Shown: positions 13,175 to 26,062 of the stretch, piece by piece
Numbering within the stretch: position 1 is the first letter of the stretch
How the letters are laid out: every line of letters starts with the position of its first letter
Assembly (NCBI GenBank): GCA_028826165.1
Contig: JAPDFW010000100.1
Span: forward strand, 62,001-126,000
Source of the DNA: Anaeramoeba ignava BMAN
Lineage: Eukaryota > Protista > Anaeramoebae
DNA: 64,000 bases
Direction of reading: 5' to 3'
Program-made: the position numbers and the translations under genes
The notes under the pieces: model-generated
Database searches by the model: none
The model's input: the letters and a program-made list of their open reading frames with translations, nothing else
What the model was told of the DNA's origin: nothing

Positions 13175-16100
13175 AATTTCTTTTTTATTTTTATTTTATT
13201 TATTATTTTATTTAGAATTAAATTGTGAAAAATAAAGAAAAGAAGAAAGAAAATTAATTTTTTTTTTCTTTTTGGGAATATTTTTTGTTTTGTTATTTTA
13301 AATTAAGAAGAAGAAAGAAAAAAAGAATTAAAATTAAAAATTGTTTTTGTTTTTATTTTTGTTTTTGTTTTTGTTTTAATTTAATAAATAATTTCAAATT
13401 TAATTTATTATTTTTATTTTTTTTGGGAAATAAAAAAAATGATTTAATTTTATTTAATTATTTCTAAAATTAATTAATTAAATAATTAATATTTCTCTTT
13501 TTTATTTTTATTTTTATTTTTATTTTTATTTTTATTTTTAAATTTGGAAAATAAATTTAAATTGATTTATGTTTATTTTCTTTTTGTTTTATTTTTGATT
13601 TTTTGATTTTTTGATTTTTTGGAAATTAAAAAATTTTGAATAAGTAAATAAATAATTAAATAATTTATTCTTCTTTCTTTCTTTCTTTCTTTTTTCTAAA
13701 ATATTCTTTCAATCAAAATAATAATAATAATTTAAATTAATTTGAATAAATTAATAAATATAATTTAATTTATGTAAAAAAAAAACAAAAGAGAAATTAT
13801 TATTTTTATTTTTATTTTTGAAATTATTTAAAAAAAATATTTAGAGAATAAGATAAATTAAGAGAAAATTTATAAAATGAAATAATTTATAAATAAAATA
13901 TTATTTAAATTTAATTTAAAATTTATTTATAATTTAATTAAATAAAATGAAAGAAATTATTCTTAATTTTTCTTTTTCAATAATAAGTAAGAAATAATAA
14001 ATAATAAAAACTTATAAATTAGAACTTTTTGTTTTTTTATTTATTTCTTTCTTTGATTATTTATCAAAACAAAAATATAATTTTTTCTCTCAATTCAAAT
14101 CTTTTAAAAAAAAAAGAAAATTTTTTTTGTATATTTAAAATTTATATTCTTAATTTTTGAATATAAAAATTAAGAATATAAATTTGAAAATTATTTATAT
14201 TCTTTATATAAAATAAAATTTATTTAATTAATAATTCATTCTTATTCTTAAAATTATTATTTTATATTTAAAAACAATTTTAACAAATTTTTCTTTTTAT
14301 AAGTTAAATTTTATTTATTCTTTTTCTAATTTTTTTTCTTTTCAATTTCTTGAATTAAAATTTATTTTAATTTATTTTATTTTATCATAAATTAATTAAT
14401 AATTTTAATTATTTTTTTTTCAATTTAATCTTATTTTATTTTATATTTGAAAATTATTATTTCTGATTATTAAATTATTTATATTATTTTAATTAAATTC
14501 AAAATCTTCTTCTTCTTCTTCTTTTCTTTTTTCATAATTTGAATTATTTCAATTTTTTTCTTCAATTAAATTTTAATTATTTTCTTTTAAATAATTTTTT
14601 TTTCTAAATTAATTAGAAACAAAACAAAACAAAACAAATTTATTTATATTTATATTTATATTTATATTTATATTTTTATTAAGAAAGATAATTAAAAATA
14701 AATAAAAGAAATAAGAAGATACAAAAATATGAAATATAATCACAATATTTAATGTAAAATATTATCTTAGAAAATAAATAATATTTAATTTGAAAAATAA
14801 AATAAACAATAAATAAGTTTTGATATGAAATTTACAAGAAATCTAAAAATATCTTTGATTATTCCAAATAAAAATTAATAATAATTCTCTCTAAAAAGAA
14901 ATTAAATTATTTTCAAAAAGAATTTAAGAAAGATTTATAGATAAAAATAATTATTAAAAATATTTATTAATTAATAATTAAATAAAAATAATTTATAAAA
15001 TATAAGAAAAATCAAAATCAAAATCAAAAAGAATTTTATTTATTTTTATTGTAAATATAATAATAAATAAGAAATTGAAATAATAAAATAAAATATAAAT
15101 TATATTCAAATAAATAAATAGAGAAGAATTCTTTAATTTTATTTGTAAATTTTTATTATAATAAACATAAAAATTAATAAAATAAAATAAAATAACAAGA
15201 AAATATTATTAGAAAAAGTAAAAATTGATTTCAAAATAATATTTTTGAAATTATATTATTATTTATTATTTAAATATTAAGAGAATAAAATTCTTGAAAA
15301 TGAAGAAAATTAAATAATTATAGAAAGAAAATCAAGTTAATAATATAAATAATTAGAAGAAACAAAATAATCATAAATAATAAAATTAAAATTAATTCCA
15401 AAATAATCAATTAGAAACAAAATAATAAATAAATTTAAATTATAAAAATTAAATAAAAATAAAATCAAAAAAACTTAATAATATTAGAAAATAAAAATAA
15501 AGAATATAAATAATTAATTCAAAAAGAAAATAAGAAAAAAAAAGAAAATTTTTTAATATAAATCAATTTTATAATTAAAATTAAATTCAAAATTATTGAA
15601 AAAGGAGAATTTAAATATAAGATAAATTAAATTCTTTTTTTTCTTTTTTTGAAATTCTTATAGAGAAGAAAATTATTATTAATAATAAAATAAGAATTAA
15701 TAATTTAAGAGATATAAATTTCTTAATTTTATTTTTGTTTTTATTTTAAACAAATATAAATATAAATAAAAATAATTTTAAATAATATTTTTCAAATAAA
15801 TTAAAATCAAAAATTTAAATTTTAATTATTTTTCTTTGATTTAAATTTGATAAAATAAACATTAATTTATTTAAAAATGAAAAAAAAAGAATTTAATTTT
15901 CTTTCTTTCTTCTTCTTCTTTTTCTTTTCAAAATTATCAAAATAAGGGAAATATAATTAAGAAGAAAAATATCAAGAATAAATTTATTTAAGAAATTAAA
16001 TTAATTTAAATTAAATAAAATATAATAAAATTAATTATTTTAGAAAAGATATATTAATATCAAGAATAAGTTTATTTTTATTTTTAATTAATTTTAATAT

Positions 16101-17940
16101 AAATAATTTAAATTTTGATAATTTAAAAATGAATAAAAATAAAGAATATTTTTTTTCAAAAGAAGAATATATATTTTTATTTTATTTTCTTATTTTCCTT
16201 ATAAAAATCAAATAAATGAATAATAAATTTTCTCTTAAAAAAAAAGATAAAAAAAATCAAAAATTAACACAATAAAATCTTCTTTTTCAAATTTCAAAAT
16301 TTCAAAATTTCAAAATTTCAAAATAATTAATAAATTGAAATAATAATAAATTTTTCAAACAAAAACAAAAAAAACAAAAAATAAATATGTATTCTCTTTA
16401 ATTTCATAAAAATATAAAATTATTCAAAAATATTCTTTTATTCAATAAATAAATGAAAATAAATTTAAAATATAAAATTTATTTATTTATTTATTTAAAT
16501 TATATTTGAAAATATTTAATTAAAAGAAAAAGAAAATATTATTATAAAAATATAAATTAAAAATCCAAAAATTCAAAATTCAAAATTAAATTCAAATATA
16601 AATTAAAAAGAAGAAAATATTTCTAAAATAATTTGGAAAATTTAAATAAATAATTTGAAAGAAAAGAAAAGAAAAGAAAAGAAATTAATAAGAATAATTA
16701 AATAAATCAAGAGAAAAAGAAATGAAAATAAAAATATTTTTACTTTCCAATTTAATTTAATTTAATTTAATTTAATTTAAAAATAAAAAATATTTAAAAA
16801 TAATAAATAAGATAAATATGAATAAATAAGATAAATATTGATAAATTATTTCTAAAAATCAAAAATTTTTGTAAAAATATTTTTATTTTATTCAAAAAGA
16901 AAAAAAAATTTATTAATTAATTAAATAAATAATATAAAGTGATATCAATTAATGAATATATTTTATAAATATTTATTTATATTTATTAAATAATTTATTA
17001 ATTAAATAATAATATAATTTTTGTTTTTAATTTTTTTTAAATTTTTGAAAATAAATTAAATATTTTATATTTATTAATAAATAAAATAAAATAAATCAAT
17101 AATAATTAAATAATATAAAAAGTGATATCAATTAATGAATATATTTTATAAATATTTATTTATATTTATTAAATAATTTATTAATTAAATAATAATATAA
17201 TTTTGTTTTCATTTTTAAATTTTTGAAAATAAAATTAAATATTTTATATTTATTAATAAATAAAATAAAATAAATCAATAATAATAATAATAATAATATA
17301 AAAATGATATCAATTAATAAATATATTTTATAAATATTTATTTATATTTATTAAATAATTTATTAATTAAATAAATAATAATATAATTTTGTTTTTAATT
17401 TTTTTTTAAATTTTTGAAAATAAATTAAATATTTTATATTTTATTAATAAATTAAATAAAATAAATCAATAATAAATAAATAAATAATATAAAATGATAT
17501 CAATTAATGAATATATTTTATAAATATTTATTTATATTTATTAAATAATTTATTAATTTATTTTACATTTAAAATTTAAAAAAAAAGAATAAGAATGAAA
17601 ATATTAATAAATCTAAAAATATTGAAAATGAGAATAAAAATAAACTATTATAAACAAAGAATTAAATTCAAAATAAGAAATAAAAGTGATAAATTTCAAA
17701 ATTTGAAATGATAAATAATTTTTTTTTGATTAATTTATTCTTAATATTCCTTAAAGAAGATATTTACAATCAAATAAAAATAAATTTAATAAAAAAAAAC
17801 CAAAAATAAAAATAAAAATAAAAATAAAAATAAAAATAAAAATAAAAGAAGATTTGATTTTGTTTTGTTTTTTTTGATTTAAAATAATTTTATTTAATAA
17901 AAAAAAAGAAAAAAAAATAATTAGAATTGTTTTATATTCC

Positions 17941-18515
17941 AAATCAAAATTAAATCAAAATTAAATCAAATTAAATCAAAATCAAAATCAAAATCAAAAT
18001 TAAATTAAATCAAAATTAAATTAAATCAAATTAAAATTAAATTAAATCAAATTAAATCAAAATCAAATTAAAATTAAATCAAAATTAAAATTAAATTAAA
18101 ATTAAAATTAAATCAAAATCAAAATTAAATTAAAATCAAATCAAAATTAAATTAAATTAAATTAGATTAAATTAGATTAAAATTAAATTAAATTAAATAA
18201 GATTAAATTAAAATTTAATTAAATTAAATTAAATAAAATTAAATTAGATTAAATTAGATTAAATTAAATTAAAATTAAATTAAATTAAATTAAATTAAAT
18301 TAAATAAAATTAAATTAAATTAAATTAAATTAAATTAAATTAGATTAAATTAAATTAAATTAGATTAAATTAAATTAAATTAAATAAAATTAAAATTAAA
18401 TTAAATTAAATTAAATTAAATTAAATTAAATTAGATTAAATTAATATTAGATTAAATTAGATTAAACTAAATTAAATTAAAATTAAATTAAATTAAAATT
18501 AAATTAAATTAGATC
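17941..18515. repeat. Hybrid AAATC/AAATT/AGATT microsatellite
   Basis: Starts like the 1255-1915 tract and ends like the 5950-6095 tract (…AAATTAGATCTGATC). Confidence 0.9.
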
Positions 18516-18730
18516 TGATCTTTTTTCTTTTTTTTTCTTTTTTTTATTTTGATTGTTTGAATTATTTTTATTTATTTTTTTTGGATTTAAAATTAAAAAT
18601 TAAAAATTAAAAAGAAATTAAAAAGATTTTTTGATTTTGTTTTTGTTTTTATTTTTATTTTTTATTTTTGAAATTCATTCATTTGAAAAAAAGAAAAAGA
18701 AAAAGAAAAGAAAATATTTTCCTTTTTTCT

Positions 18731-18763
<33 letters not shown>

Positions 18764-18789
18764 ATTGATTGATTAATTGATTGATTGGT

Positions 18790-20759
18790 TCAGAAAAAAA
18801 GAAAAAAAGAAAAAAAGAAAATTGAAATTGAAATTGAAAGAGAATTGAAAAGAAAAGAAGGTGAATTAGAAAAAGGTGAATTTGGAATTGAAATATTAAG
18901 TGTTGCAGTTGTTGAATAATAAATTGTTGAATTGATTTCTTCATAAATTGAATAATTAATTGTAATTATTGTTTCTTTACCTCCAAGAATATAAATCATT
19001 TTAGAATTTTGAGGTAATGTTGAGCCAATTCCAATAGTATTATATCCTTCTGAATCTGAATAGAAATTTGCACCATTTGCTTCTAAAATATTCTCAATTA
19101 TTACAGTGAAATTATATTCTTTTAAAATACTTTCACATTCAAGTTCAATTCCTTCAATTTTTCCAGTTTTTAAATTTACTTTTTGATTATTAACTTGAAG
19201 AAAATTTTGAATTATAATATTTTCATTACAATTTGTTGAATTTTTTCCTCTATTATTTGTAACAAAATATGAAAAATTAATTAATTGTTGAGATGAATGA
19301 TTTAAATTTTCTTCATATTCATAAATAACACTCCAATTATTTAAAGATCTATAATCAACAATAGTATTATTTGAAATAATTTTTGAACCTTTAGTTTGAT
19401 TTGAAAGAATTTGATAAATTGATCCATTTAAAGGAATTGAATTAATTATTGCATTATCAAGATTTGAATATTGATCATTTCCAATTAAAGAAATTTGACA
19501 AGATTTATCAATATTAATACAATAAGTTGATAAAGAAGAACAATATGGATTTGGAGGATTTATTGAAACATTAAATTGAATTGAATAAGGAGGATTTGGA
19601 AATGTTGAAAAATTATTAGTTTCATCAAAAAGTGAAATATTCCATTTAGTAATATAAGAATCAAGTTCAAGATTTCCTTCAAAAAGAAATTGAGAAGATA
19701 AATTAACAATTAATTCTTGTTCAATATAAATCAAACTTCCTTTTATTCCATCAAAAAATGTGTAAATATATCCATAGACTTGGTCAAAAATATCAATTGT
19801 TTTCAATATAAATGTATCATTTGTTTCATTTGTAAAAGATTCAAGACTAATAATATCTATTTATTTTATTTTCCAAAAATTTATTTTTAATTCAAATTCA
19901 AATTCAAATTCAAATCCCAAAAATAAAAATAAAAATAAAAATAAAATAAAAAAATACCTTTTAATTGAAAAGTTTTGTTTGTTTGAACATTTAATGAATT
20001 AATTAAAATTGATGGAGGAGCAGGAGGTGGTCCATTATTAAATCTACTTAAAATATATGAAGATGAAAGTTCACTTCCATAAACTCCTAAATACATAAAT
20101 CTTGATGATACATAAACAGGAGTTGCTCCAGCTTTACCTTGAGTCATTGTTAAATAATTATTCCCATCAGAATGAATAATTGAATTAATCAAAGTTCCAT
20201 TATAATAAGTTGAAAAATTTCCATTTTTTTTATAAGTAAAAACAATATGATTTAAGAATCCAAATGATGAAATATTCAAATAAAACACTTTTGAGTTTTG
20301 ATTTTGATCAAAAATCCAAATTTGAATTTGAGGAGGAGATTGAGATGTATCAGTTCCTGCTACAAAAAACCAATCTCCTGCAAGAATTTGAAATAGATCA
20401 TATAATGAATTATTTTCAGGAGGTTGAAGAAACCAAAATTCCAAAGAAGCTTGCTCAGTATATGAAGTTGAATTTAATCCACATCCTTGAGTTAAATCAG
20501 AACAATTACAATATATGAAATTGCTTGCAATACCATTACTTTGACTCAAATTAACACCAGAACTAAAAAGTGAAGGATAAAGCCAATTTCCAGAAACACC
20601 AGAGAAAAAGAAAGTTTGATCAGGTAAAGAAGCAGCAATATCACCTTCTCCTTCATTAAATTTAAATTCAAATTGTTTATTAACTTGAGATAATCTAATT
20701 TCAATTAAAAAAATCAAAAAAATAAATTGAAAAAGACTAAATTTAAAATTATTTGCCAT
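18790..20759 (-). CDS. LamG/ConA-fold surface glycoprotein, copy B (622 aa), probable GPI anchor
   Basis: Exon1 20759-19958, intron 19957-19857, exon2 19856-18790. Paralog of copy A with the same intron position. Confidence 0.8.
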
Positions 20760-23700
20760 TTGTTTGTTTTTTTGATTAATTAAAATTGTTTTTGTTTTTA
20801 TTTTGGAAAAGAAAAAAAAAATGGATTTTTTAATTTAAAACATTTTTTTTTCTTAAAAACTCATTAATTAATTAGTCATTTTATTTTAATTTAATTTTAA
20901 TTTTATTATTTAATATTATTTAATTTAATTAAAAATATATAAAAAAATGGTAAATTTAATCAAATCAAGATCAAATCAAGATCAAATTTAAAAACAAAAT
21001 TAAAATTAAAACTAAAACAAAAAAACAAAAATTCAAACAAAAATTTTTCAATATAAAATTTAATTTTGATCAATAAATAAATTAAATAAATTAATTAAAT
21101 AAAAAGAAAAATTTATTATTTTAAATTTAATTTTAAATAAAAAGAAAAGGAAATTAAAATTGCTTTTTTTTTTGGATTTTATTTTTTTTTGTTTTTGAAA
21201 TTTAAAATTAAAATTAAAATTAAAATTAAAATTAAAATTAAAATTAAAATTAAAATTAAAATTAAAATTAAAATTAAAATTAAAATTAAAATTAAAATTA
21301 AAATTAAAATTAAAATTAAAATTAAAATTAAAATTAAAATTAAAATTAAAAATAAAATTAAAATTAAAATTAAAATTAAAATTAAAATTAAAAATTAAAA
21401 TTAAAATTAAAATTAAAATTAAAATTAAAATTAAAATTAAAATTAAAATTAAAAATTAAAATTAAAATTAAAATTAAAATTAAAATAAAAATTAAAATTA
21501 AAATTAAATATTATTTCTATTTTTATTATTATTATTTTAAATTTAATTTATTTTAATTCTTCAAAAAATCAAAATCAAAATCAAAATAATTTAAATTTAA
21601 AAATTAAAAATAAAATTAATAAATCTTAATAAAATTAAATTAAATAAAATGATCTATTTTTTATTTTTTATTTTGATTTTTGCCTAATAAATATTTAATT
21701 TAATTTAAATTTATTTTTAATTTTGAAATGATGAAAAATTATCCAAATTTTTATTTTTAAAAACAAAAAGAAAATAATTTATTTTAAAAATAAAAAGAAA
21801 TTAAAATAATAAAAATAATAAATTAAATTTAAATTATTTATTTAAATAATTAAATTAAATAAAATATTTATAAATAATTAATCAAAAATCAAAATCCAAA
21901 AAGAATTTTATTTATTTTTATGTAAATATAATAATAATAAATAAGAAATTTAAATAATAAAATAAAATATAAATTATATTCAAATAAATAAATAAAGAAG
22001 AATTCTTTTAATTTTATTTATAAATTTTTATTATAATAAACATTAAAAAAATTAATAAAATAAAATAAAATAACAAGAAAATATTATTAGAAAAAAAAGT
22101 AAAATTGATTTCAAAATAATATTTTTGAAATTATATTATTATTTATTATTTAAATATTAAGAGAATAAAATTCTTGAAAATGAAGAAAATTAAATAATTA
22201 TAGAAAGAAAATCAAGTTAATAATATAAATAATTAGAAGAAACAAAATAATCATAAATAATAAAATTAAAATTAATTCCAAAATAATCAATTAGAAACAA
22301 AATAATAAATAAATAAATTTAAATTATAAAAATTAAATAAAATAAAATCAAAAACTTAATAATATTAGAAAATAAAAATAAAGAATATAAATAATTAATT
22401 CAAAAGAAAAAGAAAATAAGAAAAATTTTTAATATAAATCAATTTTATAATTAAAATTAAATTCAAAATTATTGAAAAAAAAAAGGAGAATTTAAATATA
22501 AGATAAATTAAATTCTTTTTTTCTTTTTTTGAAATTTATAATTTAGAAAATTATTAATAATAATAAAATAAGAATTAATAATTTAAGAGATATAAATTTC
22601 TTAATTTTATTTTTGTTTTTATTTTAAACAAATACAAATAAAAATAAAAACAATTTTAAATAATATTTTTTCAAATAAATTAAAATCAAAAAATTAAATT
22701 AAATTTTTCTTTTGATTTAAATTTGATAAAATAAACATTAATTTATTTAAAAATGAAAAAAAAAAGAATTTAATTTTCTTTCTTTCTTCTTTTTCTTCTT
22801 TTCAAAATTATCAAAATAAGGAAATATAATTAATAAGAAAAATATCAAGAATAAATTTATTTAAGAAATTAATTTAAATTAAATTAAATTAAATAAAATA
22901 TAATAAAATTAATTATTTTAGAAAAGATATATTAATATCAAGAATAAGTTTATTTTTTAATTAATTTTAATATAAATAATTTAAATTTTGATAATTTAAA
23001 AATGAATAAAAATAAAGAATATTTTTCAAAAAGAAGAATAAATAATATTTTTATTTTATTTTCTTATTTTCCTTATAAAAAAAAATCAAATAAATGAATA
23101 ATAAATTTTCTCCTTAAAAAAAAGATAAAAAAATCAAAAATTAACACAATAAAATCTTCTTTTTCAAAATTCAAATAATTAATAAATTGAAATAATTAAT
23201 AAATTTTTCAAATAAAAAACAAAAAAACAAAAATAAATATGTATTCTCTTTAATTTCATAAAAATATAAAATTATTCAAAAAAAAAATATTCTTTTATTC
23301 AATAAATAAATGAAAATAAATTTAAAATATAAAATTTATTTATTTATTTATTTAAATTATATTTGAAATATTTAATTAAAAGAAAAAAGAAAATATTATT
23401 ATAAAAATATGAATTAAAAATCCAAAAAAATCAAAAATTCAAAATTAAATTCAAATATAAATTAAAAAGAAGAAAATATTTCTAAAAAAATTTGGAAAAT
23501 TTAAATAAATAATTTGAAAAAAAGAAAAGAAAAGAAATTAATAAGAATAATTAAATAAATCAAGAGAAAAAAAAGAAATGAAAATAAAAATATTTTTACT
23601 TTCCAATTTAATTTAATTTAATTCAATTTAAAAATAAAAATATTTACAAATAATAAATAAGATAAATATGAATAAATAAGATAAATATTGATAAATTATT

Positions 23701-24770
23701 TCTAAAAATCAAAATTTTTTTTTGTAAAAATATTTTTATTTTATTCAAAAAGAAAAAAAAATTTATTAATTAATTAAATCAATAATATAAAGTGATATCA
23801 ATTAATAAATATATTTTATAAATATTTATTTATATTTATTAAATAATTTATTAATTAAATAATAATATAATTTTGTTTTCATTTTTTTAAATTTTTGAAA
23901 ATAAATTAAATATTTTATATTTATTAATAAATAAAATAAAATAAATCAATAATAAATAAATAAATAATATAAAAGTGATATCAATTAATTAATATATTTT
24001 ATAAATATTTATTTTATATTTATTAAATAATTTATTAATTAAATAATAATATAATTTTGTTTTAATTTTTTTAAATTTTGAAAATAAATTAAATATTTTA
24101 TTTTTATTAATAAATAAAATAAATAAAATAAATAATATAAAATGATATCAATTAATGAATATATTTTATAAATATTTATTTATATTTATTAAATAATTTA
24201 TTAATTAAATAATAATATAATTTTGTTTTAATTTTTTTAAATTTTTGAAAATAAATTAAATATTTTATAATTATTAATAAATAAAAATAAAATAAATCAA
24301 TAATAAATAAATAATAATATAAAATGATATCAATTAATGAATATATTTTATAAATATTTATTTATATTTATTAAATAATTTATTAATTTATTTTACATTT
24401 AAAATTGAAAAAAAAAGAATAAGAATGAAAATATTAATAAATTTAAAAATATTGAAAATAAGAATAAAAATAAACTATTATAAACAAAGAATTAAATTAA
24501 AAATAAAAAATAAAAGTGATAAATTTCAAAATTTGAAATGATAAATAATTTTTTTTTGATTAATTTATTCTTAATATTCCTTAAAGAAGATATTTACAAT
24601 CAAATAAAAATAAATTTAATAAAAAAAAACCAAAAATAAAAATAAAAATAAAAATAAAAATAAAAATAAAAATAAAAGAAGATTTGATTTTGTTTTGTTT
24701 TTTTTGATTCAAAATAATTTTATTTAATAAAAAAAAAGAAAAAAAAATAATTAGAATTGTTTTATATTCC

Positions 24771-25760
24771 AAATCAAAATCAAAATCAAAATTAAAATTA
24801 AATTAAATCAAAATCAAAATCAAAATCAAAATTAAATTAAATCAAAATTAAATTAAATCAAATTAAAATTAAATTAAATCAAATTAAATCAAAATTAAAT
24901 CAAATTAAATCAAATTAAATTAAATTAAAATTAAAATTAAATCAAAATCAAAATTAAATTAAAATCAAATCAAAATTAAATTAAATTAAATTAGATTAAA
25001 TTAGATTAAATTAAATTAAATAAGATTAAATTAAATTTAATTAAATTAAATTAAATAAAATTAAATTAAATTAAATTAGATTAAATTAGATTAAATTAAA
25101 TTAAATTAGATTAAATTAAATTAAATTAAATAAAAATTAAAAATTAAATTAGATTAAATTAAATTAAATTAGATTAAATTAAATTAAATTAAATTAAAAT
25201 CAAAAATTAAATTAAATCAAATTAAATTAAATTAAATCAAAAATTAAATCAAATTAAATTGAATTAAATTAAATTAAATCAAATTAAATTAAATCAAATT
25301 AAATTAAATTAAATCAAAATTAAATCAAAATCAAAATTAAATTAAATCAAATTAAATCAAAATTAAATCAAATTAAATCAAATTAAATTAAATTAAATTA
25401 GATTAAATTAGATTAAATCAAATTAAAATCAAAATCAAAATTAAAATTAAAATTAAAAAAATTAAATCAAAATTAAATCAAAATTAAATCAAAATTAAAT
25501 AAATTAAATTAAATTAAATTAAATTAAATTAAATTAAATTAAATTAAATTAAATTAAATTAGATTAAATTAAATTAAATTAAATAAAATTAAAATTCAAA
25601 TTAAATTAAAGATTAAATTAAATTAAAATTAAATCAAAATTAAATTAAATTAAAAAATTAAATTAAATTAAATTAAAATTAAATTAAATTAAATCAAATT
25701 AAATTAGATTAAACTAAATTAAATTAAAATTAAATTAAAATTAAATTAAATTAGATCTGA
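24771..25760. repeat. Hybrid AAATC/AAATT/AGATT microsatellite (longer allele)
   Basis: Same start and end as 17941-18515 but about 1 kb long. Confidence 0.9.
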
Positions 25761-26062
25761 TCTTTTTTCTTTTTTTTCTTTTTTTATTTTGATTGTTTGA
25801 ATTATTTTTATTTATTTTTTTTGGATTTAAAATTAAATTAAAAATTAAAAATTAAAAAGAAATTAAAAAGATTTTTTGATTTTGTTTTTATTTTTATTTT
25901 TATTTTTTATTTTTGAAATTCATTCAATTGAAAAAAAGAAAAAGAAAAAGAAAAGAAAATATTTTCCTTTTTTCTTTTTGATTGATTAATTGATTAATTG
26001 ATTGATTGATTGCTTGCTTGATTGATTGATTGATTAATTGATTAATTGATTGATTGATTGAT

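Larger units (their letters stand above)
15010..21890. repeat. Tandem segmental-duplication unit 2 (Y + Z + satellite + LamG copy B + upstream X)
   Basis: Colinear with 21890-28495; Y anchors such as AAATTCTTGAAAATGAAGAAAATT and AATTAACACAATAAAATCTTC are present in both. Confidence 0.85.

Noticed and set aside
17941-18515. Interstitial telomeric repeat
   Set aside because: Units are heterogeneous and lack a G-rich strand; they behave as ordinary AT microsatellites.
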